The notes beneath the pieces were generated by a model that was not told where the DNA came from, made no database searches, and saw only the letters and a list, made by a program, of their open reading frames with translations. From the IMG/VR virus record IMGVR_UViG_3300042308_001511, positions 280,084-344,083 of that record: 64,000 nt of DNA. One strand, written 5' to 3'. Below, in pieces: positions 8,897-17,948 of this stretch. Position 1 is the stretch's first letter. Each line of letters starts with the position of its first letter. The position numbers and the translations under genes were made by a program.

Positions 8897-9120
8897 ATTC
8901 CAAGTTGTTTCAGTTTCTCTTCTCTGTACTCGTCGGGCTCCAGGAATTGTAGGTGTCTGTTGTGAACGACCAGCTCGTACTCGGTCCCGTCGACGGTGAA
9001 GAAGACTAAGGTATAGTATTTGTTCGAGAATTCCGACTTGTAGAGACCACCACAGATGAGCGGCTCGTAACTGTAGTCCTTCAGCGTCGCGTCGTCCGAT
9101 ATGACCTTTACGTATTTCAT
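8893..9120 (-). CDS. family-B-like small protein with C-tag
   Basis: Ends REEKLKQLGI; ATGA coupling. Confidence 0.85.
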   Translation of the reverse strand: MKYVKVISDDATLKDYSYEPLICGGLYKSEFSNKYYTLVFFTVDGTEYELVVHNRHLQFLEPDEYREEKLKQLGI

Positions 9121-9347
9121 ATCCCTAGTTCTTTTAGTCTCCGTTCCCTTTGTATCGCCAGGTACTCCTTGATTGGGTAGGACCAGTAGCCGACTCCGTC
9201 GTAGAATATGCTGAATGTGTCGGTCCCCACGTCGCTTACGACGCCTTCTACACCCACGAAACGGTTCATACCTCTATTGTAGTTAAGGATTGCCGAGTTA
9301 TTGAATGCGGGGAATTTGAATCCTTTCGCTATGTCTCCTATCTTCAT
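9117..9347 (-). CDS. family-A small protein with C-tag
   Basis: AKGFKF...VGVEG...WSYPIKEYL...RERRLKELGI. Confidence 0.85.
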   Translation of the reverse strand: MKIGDIAKGFKFPAFNNSAILNYNRGMNRFVGVEGVVSDVGTDTFSIFYDGVGYWSYPIKEYLAIQRERRLKELGI

Positions 9348-9622
9348 ATCCCAAGTTCTTTAAGTTTTTCTTCTCTCTGCAATACCAGGTATTCGTCCAG
9401 AGGATAGATCCAGTGCTGCATGTTTGGTTCTGCTGGCATTACGCGAAATGTATCTACGTGTATGGGTGTACCGATAAAGCCTATGACCAGCTCGTTCATT
9501 TTCGGCCTGACCTGCCTCGCGATACCTTCCACGCCCACGAACTGTTCCATTAGGTCGTTCCAGTGAACCCCACTCGAGTTTTCGAACCGGAATCCTTTTG
9601 CCTTGTCTCCACGCTTAATCAT
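9344..9622 (-). CDS. family-A small protein with C-tag
   Basis: MIKRGDKAKGFRF...WIYPLDEYL...REEKLKELGI. Confidence 0.85.
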   Translation of the reverse strand: MIKRGDKAKGFRFENSSGVHWNDLMEQFVGVEGIARQVRPKMNELVIGFIGTPIHVDTFRVMPAEPNMQHWIYPLDEYLVLQREEKLKELGI

Positions 9623-9629
9623 CTTTCTA

Positions 9630-9875
9630 TCAAAAATGGTCTGGATCATAAAAGTCTCTATCTATGAATATAAGATCAGAGACCGGTATTGTTTTATAAC
9701 CATCATCGAATGTTTTATTGTTTAGAATAAATGCTGTGCCGAAGTCAAACGAATAATCTGAATTTTGAACGCAGCATATCTTATAGGTATTATCATTGTA
9801 ATTGTATGATACTTTGACAATATCACCTTCTAATACTTCTATGGCAGTGTCTTTGTATTTGAGCTTTATTTTCAT
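9630..9875 (-). CDS. hypothetical protein
   Basis: 81-aa ORF in array. Confidence 0.7.
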   Translation of the reverse strand: MKIKLKYKDTAIEVLEGDIVKVSYNYNDNTYKICCVQNSDYSFDFGTAFILNNKTFDDGYKTIPVSDLIFIDRDFYDPDHF

Positions 9876-9937
9876 GGCAGTTTATGTATTAAAATTTTAT
9901 TTGATCTCGACTTATCTCGCTCAGAGCAATGCCACAA

Positions 9938-10279
9938 TCATATTCCTATTTCTTTTAGTTTTTCTTCTCTATCTCTTCTTAATATCTCATTATCAAAAGG
10001 TATCCAATTTTCATCAAAGCTATACTTATAGATTTTCTTATTATCTTGCCAAATAAGATAAGAAGAAAACTTAACTACATTACCAAGATAGTCTACTCCT
10101 GTAAAAGCTTCTTTGTGTATGCTTTTTCCAAAACCCACTTTTTGAGTTTCTATATCCCTGATTATTTTTAATAAATCTTCAAAATCAATATCTCGCTCTA
10201 TAATTTCTTCGCCAGTAGTTGATATATACTCACCGGGCTTTAAAAACTTTATTTTAAGTATTTTCTCTATTTCCATCAT
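9938..10279 (-). CDS. hypothetical protein with C-tag
   Basis: Ends REEKLKEIGI. Confidence 0.85.
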   Translation of the reverse strand: MMEIEKILKIKFLKPGEYISTTGEEIIERDIDFEDLLKIIRDIETQKVGFGKSIHKEAFTGVDYLGNVVKFSSYLIWQDNKKIYKYSFDENWIPFDNEILRRDREEKLKEIGI

Positions 10280-10554
10280 ATCCCTAATTCTTTTATTCTT
10301 TCTTCTCTATACCATGACACCGGCATGAAGTAGGGATCGAACCAGGGTTCGATCCCAGGCGTGACCACAAGGTTCTCGTCGACCCACTGCTCTATCCAGT
10401 TACAGGTTAGACCATCGTCGGATTTGAGCTTGTAGATCCATTGTCCAAATGAGTCGAGCGCTCGGTCAGTTATCTCGTATGTCTTTCCCAGGACGAGGGT
10501 GTTATAGTTTTCCTCACCTTTCGTGCATATTACTCGTTCTCCTATTTCTAACAT
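10276..10554 (-). CDS. family-B small protein with C-tag
   Basis: VICT...LVLGKTYEI...REERIKELGI. Confidence 0.85.
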   Translation of the reverse strand: MLEIGERVICTKGEENYNTLVLGKTYEITDRALDSFGQWIYKLKSDDGLTCNWIEQWVDENLVVTPGIEPWFDPYFMPVSWYREERIKELGI

Positions 10555-10555
10555 A

Positions 10556-10849
10556 TTACCATTTCTTTCTAAGACCTTCTTTTATCTCTGGATGGTATTT
10601 GTCCACTAGGCGTTCGAACTGACCGTGGTGAAGCCCGTAGATAGGTATTCCACCCTCTCCGCAATAGATTTTTATTACGTGCCCGAACGCTATTACTAAC
10701 TTCGCATGCCTTACGATGTCTTCTGGGTCCGGTAGGCGAGCTCCTATGAAGAACCCGTCGTGGTCGTCTATCTGATCAGCAAGGTCTTTGGCCATAATTT
10801 CCAAAGTACCATACTTTACTTGTTTGAGTATGTCTGTTACTTCCATCAT
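10556..10849 (-). CDS. hypothetical protein
   Basis: 97-aa ORF in array. Confidence 0.75.
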   Translation of the reverse strand: MMEVTDILKQVKYGTLEIMAKDLADQIDDHDGFFIGARLPDPEDIVRHAKLVIAFGHVIKIYCGEGGIPIYGLHHGQFERLVDKYHPEIKEGLRKKW

Positions 10850-10850
10850 C

Positions 10851-11177
10851 CTATAAGTGTTTCTGTGTATATGGAATAATTTCTATTCCTATTGTAACTA
10901 AGGCAAACTGAATCATCTCGTCATCCATATTTAGTTCTCGTATATGATCCGGGTTTCTGACTACACGGTTGGCAGTCTGCAGAGCAGTAAGTTCAGGTGT
11001 GAATTTTTTTAGATCCGTTTTTATAGCGTTTATCTGATCGTTATTTAGTACCTGGACTATTTTGTATAGTTCGATAATACGCTCTCTGGTCGATTTTTCT
11101 TTGATGAGGTCTAATTTCCTTTTCAGGTTCTTGGTAGCCAGTCGTGTTATAAAGTCTTTTTTTCTCGTATCCGTCAT
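10851..11177 (-). CDS. hypothetical protein
   Basis: 108 aa; TATATTTG box at 11223-11230 upstream. Confidence 0.75.
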   Translation of the reverse strand: MTDTRKKDFITRLATKNLKRKLDLIKEKSTRERIIELYKIVQVLNNDQINAIKTDLKKFTPELTALQTANRVVRNPDHIRELNMDDEMIQFALVTIGIEIIPYTQKHL

Positions 11178-11222
11178 CGTCGTTCGTTTCTAGCATCGCG
11201 TGATACGCTCTGCGTTATACTA

Positions 11223-11230
11223 CAAATATA
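11223..11230 (-). promoter_or_regulatory. Bacteroidota-type -7 box TATATTTG
   Basis: Same TATATT[TC]G box at 14064, 18250, 22337, 27005, 28402, 29536, 31635, 35420, 36402, 41485, 46177, 49490, 63140, nearly all in intergenic gaps upstream of minus-strand ORFs. Confidence 0.7.
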
Positions 11231-11248
11231 GTAAAAACTTACGGGAAT

Positions 11249-11551
11249 TTATATGCCGAGTTCGTTTATTCTTTCATGTCTTGTAATCTCTATGTAGTCA
11301 GCGATTGGGTAGGTCCAATAATCATAATTTTGAAAATGAAGCAGATCAGACAAATTCCTGAGGTTCATGAACTTTACTACAAATGTCTCCTCCTTTACCT
11401 CAGCAACTTCACCCTCTTCACCAACGTAGAGATCCATGCTGGGGTGGTAGTTCAGCCCGGTCGTTTTGTCTATTGAAAAGGTGGTCTCAGATCCGTCACC
11501 TATTTTCTCTCCGAACTTGAACCCCTTTACTTTGTCTCCTACTTTTATCAT
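11249..11551 (-). CDS. family-A small protein with C-tag
   Basis: MIKVGDKVKGFKF...WTYPIADY...RHERINELGI. Confidence 0.85.
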   Translation of the reverse strand: MIKVGDKVKGFKFGEKIGDGSETTFSIDKTTGLNYHPSMDLYVGEEGEVAEVKEETFVVKFMNLRNLSDLLHFQNYDYWTYPIADYIEITRHERINELGI

Positions 11552-11552
11552 A

Positions 11553-12314
11553 TCAATGTGGTACAATGATTGTCTTGCCCTCACCCTTCTTTACATGTTC
11601 TCTCTCGTTCAGTATCCTCTTTATAGCAGCGTTCCCAATACCTCTGTTCCTTTTCATTCCTGCCTTATACATCTTCAATAACCTCTCAGTCGATAACTTC
11701 TCTAGTCTTTTGTCCTCGGGTCTCTTATCCTTCTGTGCCAATGGCTTGGCTTTCTCTACCTTTCTTTTGGAGAGCTTGGTCCCGCAAACGTATCTGTGCT
11801 CGTCGTCGCCTACCCTGACCGACCATAGCTGGTAGCCTTTATCCTCGTTTTGGTGCTTGAAGGTGATTGTGGCGTGGTGTCCATTATAGTAGACTGGCTC
11901 ACCTACGGTGAATGAGTTGGCCCACTCCATTTTTACCTGACGGATCTCTTCTTTGAAGTTAATCCCAGGTGGAACCATAATGTTTCGCCAGGTCGTTGTC
12001 TTACCTGAACGTAGCTCTTCCAGGCGTTTTTGCTGCTCGTCCGAGTATATGATACTCTCGATGTCGAAGGTCTCTTCCAGGTCTTCCCCTTTGTTGTCCA
12101 GCAGGTCTTCTATGAGTGAGTTCCTAATCTCGGCTTTGATGTCGAGGTGGTCGATGTGTATGTAGTCAACCAGGAATGAAGGTTCGTGGTTATACATTGA
12201 TATCTTTATGTAGTGTGCGATGTGTGTGCCCTCGTGCCTCTCTAAACTGAGAAGCTTGTGGAATCCGGATACCCTGCTTCGGACTAAGTCCTCTATTCTC
12301 TTACTGTGTTCCAT
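11553..12314 (-). CDS. multi-module hypothetical protein with internal tag-like helix
   Basis: 253 aa; internal IRNSLIEDLLD. Confidence 0.8.
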   Translation of the reverse strand: MEHSKRIEDLVRSRVSGFHKLLSLERHEGTHIAHYIKISMYNHEPSFLVDYIHIDHLDIKAEIRNSLIEDLLDNKGEDLEETFDIESIIYSDEQQKRLEELRSGKTTTWRNIMVPPGINFKEEIRQVKMEWANSFTVGEPVYYNGHHATITFKHQNEDKGYQLWSVRVGDDEHRYVCGTKLSKRKVEKAKPLAQKDKRPEDKRLEKLSTERLLKMYKAGMKRNRGIGNAAIKRILNEREHVKKGEGKTIIVPH

Positions 12315-12335
12315 TTATTCTAGTATTTCGTCAGT

Positions 12336-12596
12336 TTATGTGTTTAGAATTTTTTCAAGGACCTTACCATCTTCGTAATAGAAGTGTGATAAAGTCCAGC
12401 CTTTTTCTATACAGATTTTATCGATGTATTCATCTAATATAGATTCTCTTTGACCACAAAGTAAAGAATCATAATCTTTTACCTCATCCTTTATCAATCG
12501 TTTGGCCTCTCTTACGATGTTCTTACGATGTTTCAATGTCATTGGTCCTTTCATATCAGATGTGTTTAGAAAATAAAGATAAGAATTATATTCCAA
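12336..12596 (-). CDS. hypothetical protein
   Basis: 86-aa ORF. Confidence 0.65.
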   Translation of the reverse strand: MEYNSYLYFLNTSDMKGPMTLKHRKNIVREAKRLIKDEVKDYDSLLCGQRESILDEYIDKICIEKGWTLSHFYYEDGKVLEKILNT

Positions 12597-12620
12597 TTTT
12601 TGATTAATATATATAAACGT

Positions 12621-13055
12621 ATGAGATACATAAAGCTTTACGAGGATTTCTCCGCATCGGATTTGGACCAGGTGATGATGTCCATCTGCGACGACATGTC
12701 GTTTAGTCTCTACTACGAGGGTAATCTGTCCAGGGTCTACACGGTCGATGGGCGGGTTGACGACACCGACCTGTCCAGGTGGAAGGACTACCTCGGTAGC
12801 GAGTGGACCATACTTGTGAACACACTTGTCAATAATAGCTGCGTGACGTTTGTTAGGGGAGACGAGGGTGTTTTCCCTGCGGTAAAAGAGATGTTGATGA
12901 AGTTATGGCCAACGAAGAGGTCGATAGATTACAATGGATTTGGTGGTGTTGATACGAACTGGTTCAGGATCAGGAGAGATCTGATATGGTACTTCGATCT
13001 CAGCTCGTCACAGGCAAGAACTTTGTTGAAGGATCACTACGAAGAGGCAGAGTGA
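12621..13055 (+). CDS. N-tag protein (MRYIKLYEDF), paralog of 19224..19856
   Basis: Shared DQVMMSIC[DE]DMSF; TAATATATA at 12605-12613. Confidence 0.85.
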   Translation: MRYIKLYEDFSASDLDQVMMSICDDMSFSLYYEGNLSRVYTVDGRVDDTDLSRWKDYLGSEWTILVNTLVNNSCVTFVRGDEGVFPAVKEMLMKLWPTKRSIDYNGFGGVDTNWFRIRRDLIWYFDLSSSQARTLLKDHYEEAE

Positions 13056-13370
13056 TCAAATCCCAATCTCCGATAGTCTACAATCTCTTAGAAGCTCTTT
13101 GAATACCAATATATCGACTTCCAATGTATTGTCAAAGCAAATATCATCGGGCATGCTTTGGAGCTTATTGTCTTTATATACGAAATAGCATTTGTTAGGA
13201 TCTAAAAGAATCGATTCTGTAATCTCTCTTATGGCTCTTTCTTCAGATACTCGCCATTTATTGAATGATCCTTTTTCATAGTCCCACTGATAGTCGACCC
13301 AGCGAATGAATCTTTTTCCAAGGCGTTCTCTCTTTTCGCTTTTGATGGCGTTTAAAAGGCTCTCACTCAT
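13056..13370 (-). CDS. hypothetical protein with C-tag
   Basis: Ends RDCRLSEIGI, convergent with + gene. Confidence 0.8.
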   Translation of the reverse strand: MSESLLNAIKSEKRERLGKRFIRWVDYQWDYEKGSFNKWRVSEERAIREITESILLDPNKCYFVYKDNKLQSMPDDICFDNTLEVDILVFKELLRDCRLSEIGI

Positions 13371-13921
13371 ATCCCAAGACTTGATATTTTATCGTCTCTC
13401 TTTCCCTCTACGTCCAGGTACCCTTCTTTTTTCATTAGCCTTTCTACGAATTCTCGTTTTCTCTTACGTTCTTCTTTTTCTGCTATCTCGTCTTTGTATC
13501 TGGTATCAAGGTATTTCTTTATGGTCTCCATTAAGCTGTATTTGTCTAGGTCGAATTTGCCTATTTCTTTACAGGAGAAGATACCTTGTTTCACCAATAG
13601 TCCTTCTAACTCGTCTTCGTCGATGATTAGTTCAAACTCTCCCATAGTAGAGTGGTACAGTCTCTTTCTCTTTTGAAATGAAATCATAAAGAAAGCGGTG
13701 AAGATTATTCTTCCACTATCCTCAAAGAGTTTGTTTGTGACTCCACCTAAAAAGAGCATCATAACGGTTATTAGGATTCCTATAATAGACATTCCTATAA
13801 CTGCACCAATAGTGACTTCGAATTTGGTTTCTTGTGCCATAGCGTATATAAGGCCTATGGCAGGAGCTGTTACGAATGCTATTCCAATTAGTGTGAATAT
13901 TAATCTTTTTAAGTGTCTCAT
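13367..13921 (-). CDS. membrane protein with C-tag, paralog of 58198..58743
   Basis: TM helices; RKRLYHSTMGEF vs RKKTYHSKLGWF; ends RDDKISSLGI. Confidence 0.85.
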   Translation of the reverse strand: MRHLKRLIFTLIGIAFVTAPAIGLIYAMAQETKFEVTIGAVIGMSIIGILITVMMLFLGGVTNKLFEDSGRIIFTAFFMISFQKRKRLYHSTMGEFELIIDEDELEGLLVKQGIFSCKEIGKFDLDKYSLMETIKKYLDTRYKDEIAEKEERKRKREFVERLMKKEGYLDVEGKRDDKISSLGI

Positions 13922-14084
13922 TCTGTCTTATAATTAAAAAATAACAAAAATACATATGGATAAAGTTCCTGATCCATGTACCACTGAGGGAACTTTTAGT
14001 TTGTTCGGTTTCATTTCATGGTCATCCATATGTATTGTGTATTCAGTACAATGTTTTACAATACAAATATAGTGTTTTTATTTA

Positions 14085-14576
14085 TTAAATACCAATCTCC
14101 AACAATTTTTTATCTCTTCTTATTTGGACATAGTCGAAGTATTCATCGATTACCCTTACGGTGTGTTCGAACGCCGGCTTACCTCTGAGGTGGTTGTTTC
14201 TCGCTTCGCTTATCGCAGCACCCATCTTATAGAACTCTTCATATGAAGTTAAACAAAATGCTACGGTATGTACATCATCACCTTTTATAATTGCGTGTGG
14301 TACCATCACTTCTTTCACATAAAGTCGTTTTACTTCTTCTATCGTCAGATATCCAGGTATGACCTCGTGAAGGTTCTCTTTGGTATATCCTTTTCTGATC
14401 CATTCTCTAGCTCCGGCTATGAGCTTGGTCTTTTCCCAGTACCTGTCGTAGTCTGTTATGAATTCGACTTTTCTTTGTATTATACCAATAACATCATATT
14501 CTTTCCCTTCTTCGAAGATTGTTCCACCCGTAAAAGAATGATTGATCATTTTTTCGTTAGTACATCTCAGTCTCAT
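14085..14576 (-). CDS. family-B-related protein with C-tag
   Basis: MRLRCTN...EGKEYDVI...RDKKLLEIGI; coupled start. Confidence 0.8.
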   Translation of the reverse strand: MRLRCTNEKMINHSFTGGTIFEEGKEYDVIGIIQRKVEFITDYDRYWEKTKLIAGAREWIRKGYTKENLHEVIPGYLTIEEVKRLYVKEVMVPHAIIKGDDVHTVAFCLTSYEEFYKMGAAISEARNNHLRGKPAFEHTVRVIDEYFDYVQIRRDKKLLEIGI

Positions 14577-14788
14577 ATCCCAATCTCTTTTAGTTGCAGC
14601 TCTCGCCATTCTTCTGGCGTCCAGAACCAGGTTCCTATGAAATCAACGCCTTTGGCTATTTTGAGTCCATAGAACCATTTCTTTTGGTCTTTCTCTCGTA
14701 TAATCATAATGGCGTTTTGTACATAAACACCTTCATATACTTCACCTTTTCTGAAACCATTGTGAGTATGTTTACATATTAGTTTCAT
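14573..14788 (-). CDS. family-B small protein with C-tag
   Basis: MKLICK...GEVYEG...RELQLKEIGI. Confidence 0.8.
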   Translation of the reverse strand: MKLICKHTHNGFRKGEVYEGVYVQNAIMIIREKDQKKWFYGLKIAKGVDFIGTWFWTPEEWRELQLKEIGI

Positions 14789-15102
14789 AGAGGCATTGTT
14801 ATTTGTTGACCTTCTTCGAAATCGATATCGGTTATGAACTCTACTTTGATCCAATCTTCTGTATAGTGTCTTTGATATTCTTCTTTGACTTCTCCTATGA
14901 AATCGTGTTCGACCCATCTATAGTCTTTTATCTGTAGCCCCTTAGTGATAATATTTACTTTGAGTGGCTTCCAATCTGGATTGACCAGGTTTATATCGGT
15001 GATGATGGCTTTGATAGGTGTATCAACGTCAGGGAACTTTATAGTCACCTGACGCTTGCCGTTGGCTATCTCCTGGAGGAGCTGGTTGAATGAGTATTCC
15101 AT
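14785..15102 (-). CDS. hypothetical protein
   Basis: 105-aa ORF. Confidence 0.75.
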   Translation of the reverse strand: MEYSFNQLLQEIANGKRQVTIKFPDVDTPIKAIITDINLVNPDWKPLKVNIITKGLQIKDYRWVEHDFIGEVKEEYQRHYTEDWIKVEFITDIDFEEGQQITMPL

Positions 15103-15125
15103 ATCACAAATATTGTTAATGCATT

Positions 15126-15407
15126 TTATTTTAATTTTCGTAGACCATAGAATATAAATGCTTTTTCAATCTGTTCTAAACTATATCCTTTAGATTCTTC
15201 ACCGTTATTAAATTTTTTCTCTAAATCATTCATCTTTCTAGTTATACCAAATAACATAAATCTTGACGAAACTAATTTAGTATACACCACTTGATTATAA
15301 TCAGTAAAATCTATGGTTTTAGACTTCTCTCTGACTATATCAACACATAAATCCCACGTAATTCTTTCTTGTGGTGATAAACTATTAAGTAAATTGGTAT
15401 AACTCAT
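15126..15407 (-). CDS. hypothetical protein
   Basis: 93-aa ORF. Confidence 0.7.
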   Translation of the reverse strand: MSYTNLLNSLSPQERITWDLCVDIVREKSKTIDFTDYNQVVYTKLVSSRFMLFGITRKMNDLEKKFNNGEESKGYSLEQIEKAFIFYGLRKLK

Positions 15408-15440
15408 ATTGTACAGATTTTAGTAGTGAACTTCGCGAAC

Positions 15441-15728
15441 TCAGTATTCCGCTCCGGAATTTTCCAATACATAATCGAACCAGTCTTCTGGCATGTCGTC
15501 GCAGTTTCCAGCGATTGCATCTGCTAGTACTTTGTTTCTATCTGAATACCCTTCGGCATCAATCACTTCTTTTATGATTGCTGCGGCGTCTTCTTTGGAT
15601 AGTGTCTTTACGAAGTCGGTGATGGGTGTGATGTTCATTACTTCGTAGGGTCCTTTGTCGTCAAAGGAATATGTACCGAATCGGGTTAAGGCTTCGGTTA
15701 GTTTTTGTAAGATGTTTTCTGCGGTCAT
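15441..15728 (-). CDS. acidic hypothetical protein
   Basis: Start at MTAENIL; the longer ORF would overlap the tRNA-like RNA. Confidence 0.7.
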   Translation of the reverse strand: MTAENILQKLTEALTRFGTYSFDDKGPYEVMNITPITDFVKTLSKEDAAAIIKEVIDAEGYSDRNKVLADAIAGNCDDMPEDWFDYVLENSGAEY

Positions 15729-15756
15729 GTTTAGAGTTTTTATTTTAAAATTTTTA

Positions 15757-15873
15757 GAGTCAGGACAAGATTCGAACTTGTTATAAGAGAGGTCACTTAC
15801 CGCTGATGGGACTTTCACCATCACCCTCTGTATTGCCATACCACGTTGCGTCTACCAATTCCGCCACCTGACT
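15757..15873 (-). ncRNA. tRNA-like RNA with atypical central domain
   Basis: 7-bp acceptor AGTCAGG/CCTGACT; D arm GCG-GAATTGGTAGA-CGC; T arm ACAAG-TTCGAAT-CTTGT; about 66-nt centre with hairpins but no 5-bp/7-nt anticodon arm. Confidence 0.75.
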
Positions 15874-15876
15874 ATT

Positions 15877-15884
15877 CAAAGATA
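15877..15884 (-). promoter_or_regulatory. -7 box TATCTTTG directly upstream of tRNA-like RNA
   Basis: Exact TAnnTTTG 3 nt before the acceptor stem. Confidence 0.7.
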
Positions 15885-15894
15885 AGAATTATCC

Positions 15895-16578
15895 CTAATA
15901 AAATCTAAGTAAGATTGTTTTTTCTCCAGAGCGTGCAAATATAAAATCTTTGTATAATATCTCACTATTCGAGAATATACCGTAAATGTAATCCTCCTCA
16001 AAGTCTGCCTCGTAAATCTCTTCAGTGGTCATAACCCTTCTACCCCTCTTACCAAATATGAAATTAGAGTCCTCTATAAGAACCATTTGATTCTCGTTTA
16101 CGTGATCCATCACATAGTCACCATCATCATCACGTGTTGTCTGTTTATTTGACTGTCCCAAAAAGTCACTAAGATCAAACTCTATTGCTAATGAGTTCCT
16201 ACATTCATAGATATTGTACAACTCTTTGTATCCATACTCCTTAACGGTATCTGCAGGGTCATATACAATAAACTTTCCACCTACCGTTTTTAGTACCACC
16301 CAATGTTTTATGTTACCGTAGTAAACTGCAAGCATCCAAACTTTGTCGGGGTTTTGTAAGAAATAATTGAGAGGAGTTTCCGCCATAACCCGGTGCTTTA
16401 TACCGAGTTTATTTATTATGTCATGCATTCTTGGCCAAGGTGTGCCACCGATTCTGGTAGGAGACATATCGAATATATCTTGTATACCCAGTTCTTCTCG
16501 GTAACCAACAGCACTCATAATCATTCTGAGAGACGTTGGTCCACAAGATGATCCACAATTTTGGTTAAGGTGTTTCAT
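15895..16578 (-). CDS. C39-like cysteine peptidase
   Basis: Q...SCGPTSLRMI, HWVVL, IVYDPA catalytic motifs. Confidence 0.8.
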   Translation of the reverse strand: MKHLNQNCGSSCGPTSLRMIMSAVGYREELGIQDIFDMSPTRIGGTPWPRMHDIINKLGIKHRVMAETPLNYFLQNPDKVWMLAVYYGNIKHWVVLKTVGGKFIVYDPADTVKEYGYKELYNIYECRNSLAIEFDLSDFLGQSNKQTTRDDDGDYVMDHVNENQMVLIEDSNFIFGKRGRRVMTTEEIYEADFEEDYIYGIFSNSEILYKDFIFARSGEKTILLRFY

Positions 16579-17289
16579 TTAGAATAAGTTTAAGTATTGA
16601 GTTATTTCTTTTATCTCTTCAGGGTCAAAGGCACTTAGTAGTTCATCACCTTGTATTTCTTCCAAACTTTTCCCTTCTTTAGCGAGTTCTTCTATGTAGT
16701 CCGCTGCTGACTTTTTATTGGTCTCGTAGAATGCGAGGTGTTCAGTTGTTGGATACTTATCGATTGTACCGTCGTATACTTCTATGGTGAAGTAAACACC
16801 ATCTAAGTCGTTAAAGAGTTTCCTACTTTTCAACCAGTGATCTATGTTCTTTAGTCCGTGGAATGCTTGGCCCCATATGAACTTTACATCCGGTCTTGGG
16901 TTTTCTTTGTAGTAGTATTTAAGCATGTGTCCAATACCTTTTTCTTTATGGTCTGGATGCACAAATAAAGAAACACCTTCTATACCTGTAGAGTCGTCAC
17001 CTTCAAAGTCGTAGAAGTTACCGATTATGACTGGGAGCTTTGTTTTTTTGAGTATATACCCACCTACAATTTCACCGTTTATTTCTGCTACAATTGAAAC
17101 TGAATAATCAAGTTTATTGATAGAGTATTGGTCGTGTTTTTCTTTGGTCTTTGGATCTGCTAAGTCGCCCCAGAATTTACCAAAGTATTGGAACTTAATA
17201 TCCATACAGGTTCTCACATCGGCTTCAGTCATTGGTCTTATCGTTATGCCTTTGTTTAGAAATCCTTCGTATGTTTTCAGTATTTTCAT
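16579..17289 (-). CDS. GNAT N-acetyltransferase with N-tag (MKILKTYEGFL)
   Basis: IRPMTEADV, LFVHPDHKEKGIGHML acetyl-CoA motif; TATAAATA at 17301-17308 (-). Confidence 0.8.
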   Translation of the reverse strand: MKILKTYEGFLNKGITIRPMTEADVRTCMDIKFQYFGKFWGDLADPKTKEKHDQYSINKLDYSVSIVAEINGEIVGGYILKKTKLPVIIGNFYDFEGDDSTGIEGVSLFVHPDHKEKGIGHMLKYYYKENPRPDVKFIWGQAFHGLKNIDHWLKSRKLFNDLDGVYFTIEVYDGTIDKYPTTEHLAFYETNKKSAADYIEELAKEGKSLEEIQGDELLSAFDPEEIKEITQYLNLF

Positions 17290-17350
17290 AGGTGTGTTTT
17301 TATTTATAGAGTATATATTTCACGTAGAAAATACGTTCTCTTTAGTAGCG

Positions 17351-17572
17351 TCAAATTTCATCTTGTTCTTTGATATGTTCTTTGATATCTCCAATACAAT
17401 TGATTCCTTGGTTGCTATTATCTATAGCTACTACTTCTAAATCATTAGGTAATAATTCGCCTAATTTTTTAACCCAGGTCAATCTTACTTTACCGTTACC
17501 AATTCCTACTCTTCTAGCAATTGGTATTATTTCTCCGGTGCTAGGTATTTTTACTCCAAATGTCGTGCTCAT
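17351..17572 (-). CDS. hypothetical protein
   Basis: 73-aa ORF. Confidence 0.7.
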   Translation of the reverse strand: MSTTFGVKIPSTGEIIPIARRVGIGNGKVRLTWVKKLGELLPNDLEVVAIDNSNQGINCIGDIKEHIKEQDEI

Positions 17573-17594
17573 ACTTTTTATGTTTTAAGATTTT

Positions 17595-17948
17595 TTATTC
17601 GAGAACCAGGTCAATCTTCAACTCTCTAATCTCTTCGTCTGTTAGAGCTCCTATTTGTGCCACTCGGTCTAATATAATCTTTTCTAAATCAGTGGCCAAG
17701 CGTACTTCACGGTCGTACACAGAGACTCTTTTTCCACTCAAATAAGGATAGGTGTTTTGACCGTCTTTTCTGAGGAACTCATTACTGGACTTCCGCCACA
17801 TATGGTTCATATTACTGAAGGTCAATCCAAATACTAACGCGTTGGCAAAATCATCGTTCTGTGTGGTGTAAGGTCGTATAAGGCACCAGCTACCATCGTG
17901 TTCGTCGGTGATGAGGTATGTCTCGTCTTTTATGAATGTTCTTTTCAT
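17595..17948 (-). CDS. hypothetical protein with C-tag variant; paralog of 24134..24470
   Basis: Ends IRELKIDLVLE. Confidence 0.8.
   Translation of the reverse strand: MKRTFIKDETYLITDEHDGSWCLIRPYTTQNDDFANALVFGLTFSNMNHMWRKSSNEFLRKDGQNTYPYLSGKRVSVYDREVRLATDLEKIILDRVAQIGALTDEEIRELKIDLVLE

Noticed and set aside
15757-15873. Ordinary tRNA-Leu call
   Set aside because: The D arm looks Leu/Ser-like, but no 5-bp stem with 7-nt anticodon loop can be placed; reported as tRNA-like instead.
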